DNA of 64,000 nucleotides from Monocercomonoides exilis PA203 (taxonomy: Eukaryota; Protista; Preaxostyla). The position numbers and the translations under genes are program-made. Every line of letters starts with the position of its first letter. Within the stretch, counting starts at the first letter, position 1. This document shows positions 37,207-51,592 of this stretch, piece after piece. The notes below the pieces were generated by a model. The model made no database searches and was not told the origin of the DNA. It saw nothing but the letters and a program-made list of their open reading frames with translations. The DNA lies in assembly GCA_001643675.2 (NCBI GenBank), contig LSRY02000021.1, positions 186,001-250,000 on the forward strand, read 5' to 3'.

Positions 37207-38688
37207 TTATCTCCATTGAACTGGAATTTGATTCGGAAGCTTGATGCTTTTTGGCTTTTGAGCATGTGTCAATGAAACAAACGTCAAACAGTTGTTTTGG
37301 GTATATAAGGATAGCTACAAACAAAGTCCAAAGAAAATGGAATTAATCGGTTATCAAAAATGCAAGCATATGTGTTTGCGAAAAAAACAATTAAAGCTGT
37401 CAATAGACACATTTATGAACAAATCATACAGCTAGCTTAACTTTGTCTGGAATTCCAGTTGCAAACACAGGCTGCTGTTTGCCATTGATGAAAAGATGAA
37501 CCGTTCTCACTTTGGATTTTGTGTCAATTTCAATCATGACCTCGTTCCCGTTCTGTGCTGCTTGGTTGCCTTGCGTGCGAGCTGTGCGGAAGTCAACAGC
37601 AGTGCTGATATAGTTGCATGCAAATTAACAGGAGTACATTGGAAAATGATATATTTTTTAATCAATAAAAAAACAAATGAAGGTTGAAAGAAATGAAAAG
37701 AAATAAAAAATTGGTAGTGAAAGAAATGTAAAGAGAAATTCAAATAATCTTGCGAAAGCGTATTCATCTTATTGTAAATGCATACTGTGCCAAGAAAAAT
37801 CCAAAACTAGCATGATCTGAATACAAAACAGCAAATATTAACATATGGAATTATCAAAGATATAAAACATCAACGAAATTGTTCAAACTGGCGTCATATC
37901 CAATGGCCTGGTTGTTTCCAGGGAAATTCGCATCTGAAGCCACAAAGCCCAAATCTATTACAAGCGACGTGATGACGATATCAATCATATATGAAAATAA
38001 ATAAAATATCGCAAAATTGAAACAATTGGTAAAATGAATTGAATGCTTCTGCATACGGCTCCATTGCCCTTGCTGTAACGTTTTAACCAAAAATTTCCTA
38101 GTGTCGCAAATTCAACGAACATATTCACATTTTACGGTGCGGACAATACAATGCGTAATAAATGTTTCAAGAATAAAAGACATAAAAAAAGAAAGAAAGG
38201 AAAGGAAAGGAAAGGAAAGGAAAGGAAAATAAAAAGTCGACATGTTTGAAGCAAAATAGGATGGTAAATTGATAGAAGCCACACCATTGTGCAATGCACT
38301 GTGTTTATCAAAGCACAAGCAGAGTAACAAATAGCAGATGTATTGCAAATGCAGGAATTCAGAAAAATGAAAAATAAATTTTTTTTTACAAAAGAGAGAG
38401 AAAGCAAGAGAAGTTAAATGGGTAGATTGATTCATCGATCGAAAATAAAGAAATATTATTTTGAAAAAACCCATTTCAAATGAACAATTTAAGCTGAACG
38501 TTGAAAAGATAAAAAAAAGGCAAACGTGTTTGTGCTCCTTCTCGAAAATGATTGTTGCAATCCCTCCGGCTCCGTGATGGATCAGATCATTTTTCTCCAC
38601 TTTGAATATGTTCTGGTTGGAGGACTTCCACTTCATCCTCGCAAGTGTCTTGCACACAGAGACTGGGCGATGATAATATCAATACATA

Positions 38689-38745
<57 letters not shown>

Positions 38746-40536
38746 CAGAAGTTTATCAGTGAAATAATAGAGAAGAAATTTGGATTTATTAAACAATCAC
38801 AGAATAAATAAATGCATAATTCAAATGATGCCTGAAGAATAAATAATATTTTCTTTCTCTTTCATAATCATAAACATAACAATTCTTTTCTTCTTCTTCT
38901 TCTTCTTTTCTTTTCTTTTTTCAATAAATCTCGATTCATCAAATCTCTTCGCACACATGTATTGCCTTCCTCCTTCATTTCCTTCTTCTTGTTGTTCAAC
39001 TCAATCTGCTGCTCCAACATGAACGCCTCGCCTTTCATCAGCAAGAAGCTCTCCTCCTGCTTCAGCAGTATCTCCTTCCGCACATCAAACCTCGACGGCT
39101 TCTTTTCCACTGCTGCGCCTTCATCTTCGTCTTCATCGCCGCTTTTTGGTGCTTTTTCGTTGAGCTCCAGAAGTTTTTTCGCCAATCTCTCCTTTTGTTC
39201 CTTTGTCTGCTTCGGATTCACCACTTTTCCTTGCTTTCCCTCATCAAATAAAGAGGCCATTGACAATTCTCCTTCTTCCAGAATATGTTTCTCCTTGTCA
39301 TCATTTTTGCTTTTCTCTTCTTCTTCTTCTTCTTCTTCTTTCTCCTCCTCTTCCATCTTCTCTTCCATCTTCTTTTCTTCCATTCCGTCTTTCACCTTTT
39401 CTTCATCTTCATCAAAGTTGTCGTAGAAATCATCGTCGTTTTCTTCGCCATTATCTTCCGGTTCTTCATCAATCGCACTCTCCCTAAGGCCATCCAGTAT
39501 TTCTATCATCTCGTCTTCCTGTGATAGTTTCACCCCTTCCTTCGCAAAGCTCCTCAGAATCTCCATAATCAGTCGCTTTTCTGTGTACAGCGACGCCCAC
39601 GACAGCCCAATCGCCTCGTTTTTGTTGGTTGGAATGTTTTCGTTGGATGAAGGCGCAGATGACATTGCAGAATACTGGCACAACTGCGCATTTGCAGCAC
39701 TCTTTGAAGAGAAGCTAGACGATGACGAAGGTGACGACGAAGAAGAGGGAACAATGGACAATGAAGAAGATGATGAAGAGGCAGAAGACGATGATGTTGG
39801 TTCAATTAAAGCCATTTTATGTGTTGGAATCTTTGGCCGATTAGTTCTATTTGGTTTGCTTCTTCTAAGAACTGACATTGACTGTAACATGAAATCACTT
39901 CGACCAATAACATCTTGTGATTCTTTTTTCCATGATGACATGTTCAATGTCAAACTTATTCCGCATTCTTTTATCACTGGATTGTTATTCTGATAAATAT
40001 TCACATTAATTTTTGAAGAGGCAAACTTCGTTTTAAAAAAATAATAATAATAAATTTCATACGGTAGCCAAAGATAAAAGGTGAAGGCAAATTAGTCTTA
40101 AATTTTCACCAGTAAATAACCCTTCAATGCTGCTGATGCAAATTGAAATTAATCCAAAAAATTTCATGCAAAGCAGTGTGACATCGGGATCATGCGTTTC
40201 TTTCATAACATTAAAAATTGCATCTAGAATTCCCAGTTCAATTAAATGAATATAATTGTCTTTATCTTTAAAATGTTTGAAAAAACTGATTGTCTTGAAA
40301 ATTATGAAAATAGTATACATCGTATCAAATCATCCATGATTTCAAGCAAAATTTCTTCGTGCTTTGTAGGGTCAGTTTTTAATTCCAATTTCATTGCTTT
40401 TAATTCTTCTTCCTGAATAAATAAAAGCATTCAGACAGCAATTTTGAACATCACCAAATTGCGAGTAATCAATAGCAGAATAAATTTGTTTAATGCTAAA
40501 TCAAATTCAAACGGTTAATGCTTCTGAAAACCCCAT
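37207..40536 (-). CDS. Multi-exon protein with ARM-like N-terminus, acidic linker and C-terminal SPRY/B30.2-like domain (may be two genes)
   Basis: LIELGILDAIFNVMKETHDPDVTLLCMKFFGLIS (ARM-like). C-terminal exons GNQAAQNGNEVMIEIDTKSKVRTVHLFINGKQQPVFATGIPDKVKLA...IPVQWR*. Confidence 0.55.
38692..38745. repeat. Compound (AT)n(AG)n microsatellite, probably intronic
   Basis: Direct dinucleotide runs. Confidence 0.9.
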
Positions 40537-41234
40537 TTCGCTGAAAAAAATAATCACAGAATTATTTCAGATAATAATTACTGTCATGGGAGAAGTGATC
40601 AAATGAGTCTTTTCTTTATGGAAAAATTATTTCTTTCATCAATCATCAATAATGCATGCATACATGTTACATGTGAATGCGTATATCTGTGAGATTATCA
40701 TAAATATTTATTTAACAGCTTTTTATTTCCATTCACTTTATCAAAATGCGATTTGAAAGAAATGAGTGTGAAACAAAAAAAGTTTAAATGCTAAACGCTC
40801 AAATAAAATAAGAATGTGGAAGTGATAATCTAAATGAATATAAAGCAAGCAGTGCTGTCACATGAAATTATAAATATAAAATAAGATAAAAATGGTGAAA
40901 ATTAAGAAATGGTGAAAAAATCACAGACATGCGAACATAATAAAATTTGTAAGTCAATTTATAATTATCAAAAAAAGATGAAGAAACTATAAAACTAATG
41001 AAATTAAAAATCTTAGAAAGAAAACTTTTCTATTTCAAAAGAGAGAATATGATAACATAACATATATAAAAAATCTAAGTTTCACTTTCTAAAAAATACC
41101 ACATTTATAGTTTCTATTCTGCAAGAGTTTAACTGCACAACACAAAATATACAACGCAAAAGCATAATGACGAAAAGAAAAAAAGGCATTACGAAATACA
41201 CAAAAAAAGAAAGACAATAAAAGACATCAGTTTC

Positions 41235-43089
41235 CTAAGCCATTTTTGCAGCAACAAAACCCTGTTGCATTGGATCAGCTGAAGGAGCATGTTGTTGCAT
41301 CCATCTTGTCTCATCGTCAGACGTTATTTCAAAGCCAGCATCACTTCCGTCCTCTTCATCTTCCTCCATCTGATCATCGCTTTCATTATTCTGATTCATT
41401 CCTTCTTCTTCTCCTTCTTCTTCTTCTTCTTCTTCCTCTTCTCCGCCTTCTTCCTCATTTTCTTCTTCACCAGGCTCAACATCCATCTCCATCTCCATCT
41501 CCGTCCTTCCTCTCCTCAGATGCTCCCTCTCACACCGCATATGCTCCATCTCCATCCTTTCTGCCTCAAACATCCCTCTTCTCCCTTCACAGCAATCAAC
41601 ACCTCTGCCAATCCCTGCCGCACAGTCAGGCGTCTCTGCCTCTTTCTCTCTCAGCAACATCGCATTCGAAGCATAACTTGAAGAATTCTCTGAAGCATAT
41701 TCTGAAGCATATTCTGTTGAATGCTGTTCATTGAGCCTTCTTTTGCTTTCTGAAAGCGGCTGGGCAGAGGGAAAAGGGTGTGTCGAGTGAAGTGCTGGTT
41801 TGGGGAGCATGACAGGAGAGTTTGAGGCAGAGGAAGGTGTCTTAGCAGAAGGAGGGATTGTGAGAGAGGAGGTTGAAGTGTAAGAGGCAGAGCAAGCAGA
41901 CTGACGACAGCTGTCTGAATGTGGCATTGTTGAAGAAGAGGAGAAAGAGGATGAAGAAGAAGAGGAAGAGGAGGAGGAGGAGGATGATGATGAGGAAGAA
42001 GATGATGATGATGAAGTGTGAGAATTCGAAGACTGAGCTGACTGAGCTGACTGGGCTTGTGAAGATGAAGGTGAAGGTGAAGCAGAAGAGGATTGAGGAG
42101 GCTGCAGCGATGGCGAGGGATGCATATCAACAGAGTGAGATGTTTGCGCCTTCTCTCCATTGCTGCTGCTACTACCACTACTGCTATTGCTATTATTACT
42201 ATTACTGTTACTGTTACTGTTGTTATTGTTGTTGGTGTTGCTATTGTTGTTATTGCTCTCTCTCTTCCTGCTTCCTTCCACCAGTGCCTGATGGTATCGC
42301 TCGTAGTTGTCTTCCTTCACTTTCAGTTCATACCCCAAAAGCTCAAGCACACTTTCTTCGGTCTTGTTGAGCACACTCAGAGACACTCCAAAGCATTTGC
42401 TGAACCAGGCATTCGAAAATGGCTTGTCGGTGTTGAATTTATGCGCCAGCATCACACAAACCAAAACTGATAATATTACATTTTCTGGGCATAAAATAAA
42501 ATCCCCGGCTGCCCAATGCATCTTGGACATGGTATCAATATAGCACAAAGCCTGCAGCAACTCTGTTGTTCTTAGTTGCGCATGTTTTTTGAGTCTGTGC
42601 AAAAGATATTCCAAGTTTGAGTTCATTTGCTCTGCAATTGCTTGTGCTGCTGGATGTGGAGCCCTGCCAGTTCTTTGCTGCATCGTCGCAACATTGGACT
42701 GAGCAACTTGCGTTACACAAAATGCAGCAAATGTTATGAGACTATCAGAAAGTGTGTCATCTTGGACTACAGGTGCTGGAATAGAATATGACTGTGTATT
42801 GTTGGATGGTATTTGATAAATTGCAGAGTAAGAAGGCAATTCTGTTGAGAAACGCAATTAAAAGCTAATATTTCAAAGATCATTTAAAAATTTAAAAAGT
42901 GAAAAAACCATTTTCCAGATATGAATCATTGGTCGATGACTCAGATTGAGAAACTGTTGGAAGACGGCATTCAGAATGAACGGGAATTGGCAGGTTGTGG
43001 CTTTGAAAATCAAGTTGTTTTCCTTGTGGAGAAGCTTGATGAATATTTGACTGTGTTGGATGAAAACTGTATGATCCAATATTATCCAT
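41235..43089 (-). CDS. Pho80/Pcl-type (cyclin P/U) cyclin with low-complexity C-terminus; 2 exons
   Basis: LLQALCYID...VLVCVMLAHKFNTDKPFSNAWFSKCFGVSLSVLNKTEESVLELLGYEL cyclin box. Exon 1 (from ATG 43089 to about 42909) splices in frame near 42842. Confidence 0.88.
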
Positions 43090-43459
43090 TTGGCTTGAGA
43101 ATGAAGATGAAATTAAACAAAGAAATAGTTAAAGAATTAGTAATTGGTTCTTTCTTTCGATTCAAGGTGAAAAGAAAGATATGAAGGTGCATTACGAAGT
43201 AAGACCTTGCTGAGTTAAAAAAATGTGTTGTGAAGAACGATTCTTGCAGGAAAATCAACATTCGTAAACAGGATTTAAGTTGCTCTTTAAAAACGAACTC
43301 TATAATTCAAGTTAAACTCCATGAAGAAAGAAAGGTTTTCTCATTTGTTTAAAAATTGTTTCAAAGGCGAATTTTCATTAAATGTGAAAAGTAACATGAT
43401 CTCTGAATGAAAATATAATGGGTTGTGGATAAGGCACTTTTTGACTTTATTCAGTATCA

Positions 43460-46400
43460 ATGATGAGTCGAGTGGGTTATCGCAGGCAAACGCGACAAAG
43501 ACGAAAAGTGCCAGAAGTTCCAAAGAAAAAAGAAAGTGAACTTGATAAAGATCCTGATGTACAAGAACATTTCAAAAAGTCGTTATCTTACGAATTTACA
43601 ATGCTCAATCCATCAAATGCTATGGATACAAGTGGAAACGATAAACTTTCGCATAGATGCATTGTTGTGGATTATTCGTCTATGTATTCTTTTGCGAATA
43701 TGGAATATATTTATTATTATTTTTTTCGAAATGTTTACACAGTCGTATGCATGCTGTCTTTCTACTTAATTGGTGAGTAGTAATCATCTAAAAATTTATT
43801 TTGTTTATTTAGTGCGAAGAGCCTTATGTTATGATTGTCAATTTATTTTATAGAAATGAAATTCTTGATGTTAGCTTAACATCGTTTTTCGGCATGTTTA
43901 AAAGGCTTCCAGAGATAGTTTGCCCTTAATTCATTTGCAATACAATTAGCCTTCGATTCTTTCGCTATTTCAGATGAAAAGAAAACTTTACACAATTTAT
44001 GTTCTTGAACCTCCAACAGTTAATCGCTCAGGTCTTGGTCTTTGGAAAAGAAATTTTCCGTCAGATTTCATAGAAAAGCTTAAATTTGTCAATTCAGCAG
44101 ACGAGCTCGATCCATACTTCCATCATCTTGAGCTTCGCCTTCCATCGTGCTTGTACAGAATAGACAGAGGAGCTCGTGTGCCAAGCCCCACAACCACTCT
44201 GAAGTTTCCGTCAAGCTCACCATTTGCAACACATCAGCAGACAAAACTGCTGACTGAAATGCTCGAAATGCAGATGGAGCATCCAGACGTCACCCAACTC
44301 AGCGAGAAAATGCTGTATTTAATTACAAATTTTGAAAGGCCCAAAAATAAAAAGAAGTCGATAAAGATTGTAAATGACAAGGTTGTGTTAGCAGACGATG
44401 ACGAACCAGAGCCGAGCACAGAATTTACTCCCTTTTCGCTGAGCAAAGCATCACCTCCAGAGCCTGTTTCCGCCGAAGACGAGGCCAAATTTCCGCATCC
44501 GGCGTATCAGCACAAGATCGGCAAGCCTTCGCTGCTTCTGTCGATTCCTTTGATGTTCCAGTTGGAAGTCGACCAGTTCAGAACACAGCAGTCGCAGTAC
44601 ATCCCGTTTTTGTTCGTTTCGCTGCTGGCTGGGCTGATCAGGAACGAAGGTGTGATTTTCTATTTAAAATCCTTCATTTATCTTTTTTATTTGTCATTTT
44701 CTTTCTTTCTGTCAATATTTCTTTCTTTATTTATTTTCAAAATACAATCTTCTAATTCTTCTTCCATTTCAATCTCAAACATAATTTATTTCTTGGCAGC
44801 ATACAAATATCCCACAATATTCCTTAATCCTCCTCTTTCTGCTCCTTCTGACATGTCGATGCTCGTCATGAGCTGCTTCAAAGAAACCCTTGTCTTCGGT
44901 TTGAATTTTAATTCGTTTTCAAATTGAAATGTTTTGATAACAATTTTCTGTTATTTTGTTTTTTTTATTTATTTTTTCTTCTTTATTTATTTTATCTTTC
45001 AAACTGAATTATTTCTGTCTTCTTCGTTTGTTATCAATTAATTCTTCCATCCCATAAACAAATTTTAATCTATTTATCTCTCTTCATCCAATTTAACAAT
45101 AACAACCATCTCTCTTCCAGATCCTCTTCACTACATCCCCAGCCGCAGCAACCCTCTGCACGTCCTCCATCTCCTCCTCTACTTCCTCTCCTGCCTCACT
45201 CCCCCTCTCATCCCCGTGCACACCGCCCTCTGCCTTCTGTCTGCCATTGCGAAAGGGCGCAGGAGAGAGATGAGGGAAGAGGAGAAGCAGTATCTCGAGA
45301 ACGAAAGGAAGAGAGAGGAGGAGAGGGCGAAGAAAGTGGAGATGGAGCTGCAGCAGCTGAGGAGGGCAGAGCAGAAGGAGAAGGAGAAGAGAGAAGAGAG
45401 AAGAAGAGAGATCGAAAGACAGACGATGGAAAGACTGCTGATGGAGGAGGAGAAGAGGAAGAAGAAAGAGCTGGAGAGGGAGAAGAGGGAGAAGAGGAGG
45501 CAGAGGGAGAGGAAAAGGAGAGAGAGGAAGGAGAAGGGGGAGCAGAAGGAGAAAGTGGAGAGCGAAGAGGAGCTGTCGACAGAGGAAGAAGGAGGAGGAG
45601 GAGAAGGAGAAGGAAGAGAAGGAAGGGAAGGGAAAGGGGCGAGGTATTATCACAGGAAGGAGACGGGGGAGCTGATGATTGTGAAGACAGAGCTGGAGGC
45701 GATAGCAGAAGAAGGGGATTCAGAAATGTTGGAAGAGGATGAGTGGACGCAGGACAAGAACGAAGGAGGAGGAGGGAGGAGAAGGAGCAATGAAGAGGAG
45801 GAGAGGAAGAGAAGGAAAGGAAGACGAGCAGCAGATGCTGAGGGGAGGAGTCAGAAAGATCATGTGCATTCTGCTTCTGCTTCCTCTTCTTCTGCTTCAG
45901 CAAAGAAGAAGGGTGAAGGAGAAGGAGATAAAAGTATTGAAAATAATGAGGAAAGAGAGAAAGAGAAGGAGAAGGAAAGAAGGAGGAGGAAAAGAAAAGA
46001 GGCTGAGAAAGCGAATGAAGGAGGCAAAATAAAAGGAGGGGCAGAAGAAATGAGTGCAGACGAGCAAAAAGGAAGAAAGAGAAAAGGGGAAGAGAAAGAG
46101 AAGAAGAGTGTTGTTGAAGAAGGAGAAGAGGAAGGAGAAGGAGAGGAAGAGGAAGAAGAGGAAGAAGAAATCGAAGAAGTGGAAGAAGAATATGGAGAAG
46201 GAGAAGAAGAAGGAAGAGAAAGAGAAGGAGAAGCAGAAAAGAAAGAAGCGAAAGAAGAGAAAAAAGAGTTGACAGCGGAGGAGAAAGAAGGGATGATCGA
46301 TGAGCTGATTCAGGAGAAGCTGATTGAATGGGACGAAGAAGAGGCAGTTGAGAAGAAGCTGAAGAAGAGGGCGTGGAGGAAAGTGGAGACGACAGAGCGG

Positions 46401-48923
46401 CATTTTATTGAGTGGCTGTGCTCATTGGAGGATGATGGAGAAGAGAGTGAGGGAGAGGCAGAGAGAGAGTTTGAGGAGATATTGCAAGGGATTGGGATAG
46501 AGAAGAAGATGGCAGAGAGTGTGAGGAAGAAGAAGGAGAAAGAAGAGGAGAGGAGGAGGAAGGAGGCAGAGGAAAGGGGAGAAGAGCTGCCAGAGAAGGA
46601 AGACGAGGAGGAGGACGAGTTTGACCGGCCGATGGTGCGGATGAGGGAGATGCGGGAGAAGGCGAAGAAAGTGACGCCTGCACAGAAGTTTCTGGAGTTA
46701 TTCACATCTTCCCTTGCGTCTGCGCTGCTTTCGCTGCCCGCTCTTCATCTGCCTCTCTTTCAGCAGCTGGTTGCGATTCTGCAGGAGGCGACGGGAGGGT
46801 CGGAAGAGGCAGCAGCGAAGAAGATAGAGAAAGAAAGAGAACAGCTGGGCATATTGGCAAAGAGGAGGGAAGAGAGAATGGCGAAGCTGAAGCAGATCAA
46901 AAAGGAGATGGAGGAGAAGGAGCAAAAAGAAAAAGAAGAGAAAGAGAAAGAAGAGAAGGAGAAGAAAGAGAAAGAGAAAGGCAAAAGTGGCAAAGAAAAA
47001 GGAGAAGAAGACGGAAAAGATGCGACAAAAGAGAATTCACAAGTATCAAATGCATCAGCCTCAACAGCCTTGTCTAACAAACAACCTTCTTCTTCTGATG
47101 TGTCAGCCACAGCTCATTCTGAACAGAGCAAAAAACAACAAAATCCTTCTTCTTCTTCTGCTTCTTCTTCTTCTTCTTCTTCTTCTTCTCTTTCCTCAAA
47201 AACACTCCACAACACGATATCTTCTTCCACTCTTCATTCATTTCCAATGCCTTCCAATCCATCTCACCCTTCTCCTTCTCCTTCTGCTGCTGCTCCTTCT
47301 GTCACTGCCACTGCTAACTCAATAACAGCCTCTGCCTCTACAATGCAGAAGCAATCATCTCCCATTGCTTCATCATCCTCCTCTTCCTCTTCCTCTTCCT
47401 CCTCTTCTCCTTCTCCTTCTCCCTCAGCCCCCTCTCACTTCCTCACCACCGCTGCAGCTCTTTCCTTCCTTGCCAACTCTCCCATCACCTTCCACACCCT
47501 CCCCCACCTCCTCCCTTCTGTCTTCGCCCTCGCCTCCCCCGTCCTCCCTGCCCTCGTCCCTCATCCAAAGATCATCGCCCACGAGCTGGCAAAGAGGATA
47601 GCCGCAAAGGCAGCGATGAAGCTGGCAGCCACAATCAGCAAGAGGGCGAGGGATGTTGAGAGGAAGCAGAAGATCGAAGAGGCGCTGCAGGTGATTCAGC
47701 AGAAGATAGCAGTACTGATGGAGAAGGAGAACGACACGAAGAGAAGATTTAAGAAGCAGATGCAAAGAAGACTGGAGATTCAACAGGGCGAAAAGGAGGC
47801 GAGGGAGGCGCTGGAGAAAGAGAGGGAGAAGGCAAGACGAGCAGCAAGAGCAGCTAAAAAGCATTCATCATCATCAGCTTCATCATCATCATCTTCTTCT
47901 TCTTCTTCTTCTTCTTCATCAAACAAGATTCTAACAGATGCCGAAGCAGCAGTGGCAGAGCTGTCTGCATTGTCTGCCTCGCTCCCTCCTCTTTCAGAAG
48001 AAGAAGACGCTTTCCATTCAGAAATGGCAGTGTTTGAGAAGGAGTACATTGTGCTGGGCAGAGAGAAAATGAGAAGGGCAGCTGAGCTGAGGATGGTGGA
48101 GAGGAAGATCGTGAGAGAGACAGAGGTGATTAACTCGCACTACTACCACGACGAAGAGGAGGAGGGAGACGAAGGAACAATTCCGACTGACTTCTTGTCG
48201 GTGGGGACATTTGCTTCTGCGATGGCTGGAACGAATTCTTCGAATTCTTCTTCTTCTTCTTCAAGACAGGCACATGAGAAGGAGAGGAGTGGAAGGAAAG
48301 AGAAAGAGAGAGAAAGAGAGAGAGAGAGAGAAAGAAGGAAAGGCAAAGATAGAGAGAGAGAGAGAGACAAAGAAAGAGACAAAGAAAGAGACAAAAGTAA
48401 AACCAAAAATAAATCCAATGGGAAGAGCAAAGAGGCAGTGAGTGCAGCGTCTATGATGTATTTCCCATCGTCAGAGATGCTGGAGAATCATGTTGTGAAG
48501 TCGCTCATCTTCTGCATGGCACATTTTGTGCTGATGTGGCAGCCGCTGAAGAAGGAAATGTACCAGCTCATCAAAAAGAGAGGGCAGGTTGGATTGATTT
48601 TTGATTTATTTATTTTATTTATTTTATTTATTTATTTATTTATTATTATTATTATTATTATTTCATTCTATCCATCTTCTAATCACTCATTTATTCAGAC
48701 ACTCCCTCTCCCCCACACCATCAGTCTGAATGGCATAGTCCATCTCCACAACTCCCTCTGTGCTTCCATCAGAGAGCGCCGCCCGCTCACCGCTGCGCCG
48801 CTTTCCTCTGACCATTTCTCGTTCCGCTCAGAAGAAGAGCGAACAAGACTCATCACAGAACACGAAAGACAAGTGAAAGAGGCAATTAAAAGATTGAATG
48901 AACAAGACACACAAATCAAATAG
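43460..48923 (+). CDS. BCH/CRAL-TRIO domain + degenerate RhoGAP-like domain protein with long charged insertions; multi-exon
   Basis: SGNDKLSHRCIVVD, EEPYVMI, KLYTIYVLEP, KLKFVNSADEL (BCH). IPFLF...TIFLNPP, HLLLYFLSCLTPPLIP, LLSLPALHLPLFQQLVAILQE (RhoGAP helices). Confidence 0.65.
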
Positions 48924-49297
48924 TGTTCCGAAGACCAACCTGCTCCTTTGATATGAGCTTGTTCTTTCCCTTTGCGTATTTCAATGAAGATTATGTTATT
49001 TATGAATCATTGTATTTTTCACAAAATATCCAGATCATTTTTTTTTTGGAATTTTTTGAATCATTTTTGTTCTGTTCAATTGTATGTGTAATGCTTTTAA
49101 TTATTGGAAATGCTATATTTGTTGTTTTTATTTGGAATACATTTTTTTATTGTTTAACACTTATTTTTTGTTTGTTGTTTATAGTTAAAGATACTTCATT
49201 TCATGACTAGGTTACATGTTCCTTAATTTATTTATTAAAATAATGTTACATTGGGCATGATCAGATTTAAATATTAAAAAGTTGTAATTTTTTGGGA

Positions 49298-51175
49298 ATG
49301 AATCAATTAACGGTTCCAATAGCACCGAAATTAGAAACTGAAGAACGATCAAAACTTCGGAGGTTTGGCAATTACTTTTGCATTTTGTTTTTCAGCTCTG
49401 TTTAGATGTCAAACGCCCGAAGAAAGAGAAAATCAAATTTTAGATGAAATTAAACAAAATCAATTCAAAGCAAAACCATTTAATCCAAAAGTTTGCATTA
49501 TTTTATGTTGAATTTTTTTATTTAGTGCGCATTTAGATTGTAACTGCAAATGGAATGCTTGGCGTTCGAAAAGTTGAGCGTCATTCACCTACAGTTGCTG
49601 TTGTTTGTCTATTGTATAATTTGCTGCATTGAATTTTAACATTACTTTTATTTAGACTCCTCAATTCGTTCGCAGAATGAAAAATATGGAAGAAGCAAAG
49701 CATGTGACGATGCCAAAAGAAACCGAAACTCATAAAATTCAAGCATTACCTCTTAATAAAAAGATTTTGACAGGGGTATAAACCTTTGTTTCACTTTTTT
49801 TTTTAAATTCAAATGAATTTGTTCTTGAAATCATAGACTGTTGGATTACCAAAACGCGCAATTACTCCCCCTGTAGTTCCTGAACCATTTTCTGTCAGCG
49901 AAAGTATTCGTCAGAAACAATTGGAAGAAGAGCAAAAAAGGATTGCATTAGAAAAAGAAGAGGAGGAGCAAAAACGAAGATTTGTTGCAAGACCAGCAAA
50001 AACTTCTGTTAAGCCTTTTGTGTGCACTTGTCAAAAGTTTCAACTTTATTTTTTTTCAAAAATTGAATCTTTTTTAGACTCCAATCTTGGAAACAACAAC
50101 AAAAATTACACCTCAACCATTTCACTTGGAGAGTGTTGAAAAGTACGAAAATTATAAGAAGAAGAAAGAGGAAGAACTGAAAGCTGAAAAGGAGAAAGAA
50201 GAAAAAATGAGGATTTTCAAAGCGCAAGAGGCGAAAGTTTTAAGTCAAGCACCTTTTATTCCAGCAAGAACAACACGTCCACTAACACAGCCGGCTCCAC
50301 CAACACTTGCATCTGATCTGAGAGCAGAAAAGCGAAAGTCTTTTGAGGAAAAGATGAAAATGAAAGAAGAAGCGGCTGAAAAAGAAAGATTGAGAAAAGA
50401 AGAAGAAAGGAAGAAGAAAGAAGAAGAAGAAATTGCTCGTATTAGAAAAGAAACAGTATTTAAAGCTCAGCCAATAAAAGCAAAACTTCACACCACTGTG
50501 ATTGTTCCAGGACTTCAAGAGGCCAAAGCAAGGCATCACTCAAAAGCAGATGCCATCTTGCAAACAGCTCCGTGCATCAAAGCTCATGTTCCTTCAAAAT
50601 CGAAGCAAACATTGAAAGTTCAGTTTGCAGAACCAAAAATGGAAATATGCGCTGAAACTGAACATAAATCAGAAAAGATTGAAAATGACACTTCTGATAA
50701 ATGTGAAGATGAAGAAACTGCTTGTCAAAAAGTTGATTGCTCGTATGTAGTTGAAAAGAATGAGACAGACAAGAAAGAATCTGAAGATGTTAAAGTTGAA
50801 ACTACCGACAAAGCACAAAGCCAAAGCGAAGACGAGCATGCTTCAGAGGAGAAGCAATGTTTGGAAATTGAAGAAAATGATGCTAATGAAGAAATGAATA
50901 AAGATAATGATGAGGATAAAGATGATGATGAGTCAGAAGACGATGAAGAAACTGAAAATACTGATGCCGCAGACGAGAGTGCTGCGAAGGAAAGAGAAGT
51001 TGCTTTAAGAAATCAAGAAATGCTTGAAGAAGAGAGAAGAGAGAAGAGAAGAGCAAGAAGAAGGAATCAGAGAAGAAGGAAAAGAGAACAAATCAGAAAG
51101 TTAAAGAGAGATCAAAAATTATTAGAAAAATTGAAGAACAAACCACAAGTTGCAGAAATGATAAATAAATTATAA
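49298..51175 (+). CDS. TPX2: TPX2-family microtubule-associated protein, multi-exon
   Basis: LTVPIAPKLET, FKAKPFNPK, FVARP, PQPFHLES, RPLTQPAPPTLASDLRAEKRKSFE, IARIRKETVFKAQPI. Confidence 0.85.
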
Positions 51176-51592
51176 ACACTTCACGATACAATTTTGTAAG
51201 CATTTTTTTATTATTTCAAAATGTCACGTCATTTATCCTCTTCATTTGTATTTTCTCTTTTTTTTTACAAATTATTTTTTTCCATTTTTTTAAAAGCTTC
51301 TGTGATCAACCGCTCAACTTTATTTTAATATTCTTTCGATAAAATAAAATGTTACGATTATTAATTCATTTTTAAAAAATAATATATTTTTTTGTATTCT
51401 TTTTTGTTAAACCATAAGTTAATTAAATCCAAATTTTGGACAAAAATTGGAAATATTTTGGAGATGGATTGGACAGATTTAGGACTTATTTGTTTGTTTA
51501 CGTGCAAGCAGTATTGGACTTGTTGGAGTTTGAAAGATGTTTATGGCTCATAGATTTTGATACGATATTGATACGTTTATTGAAGATTTGAC

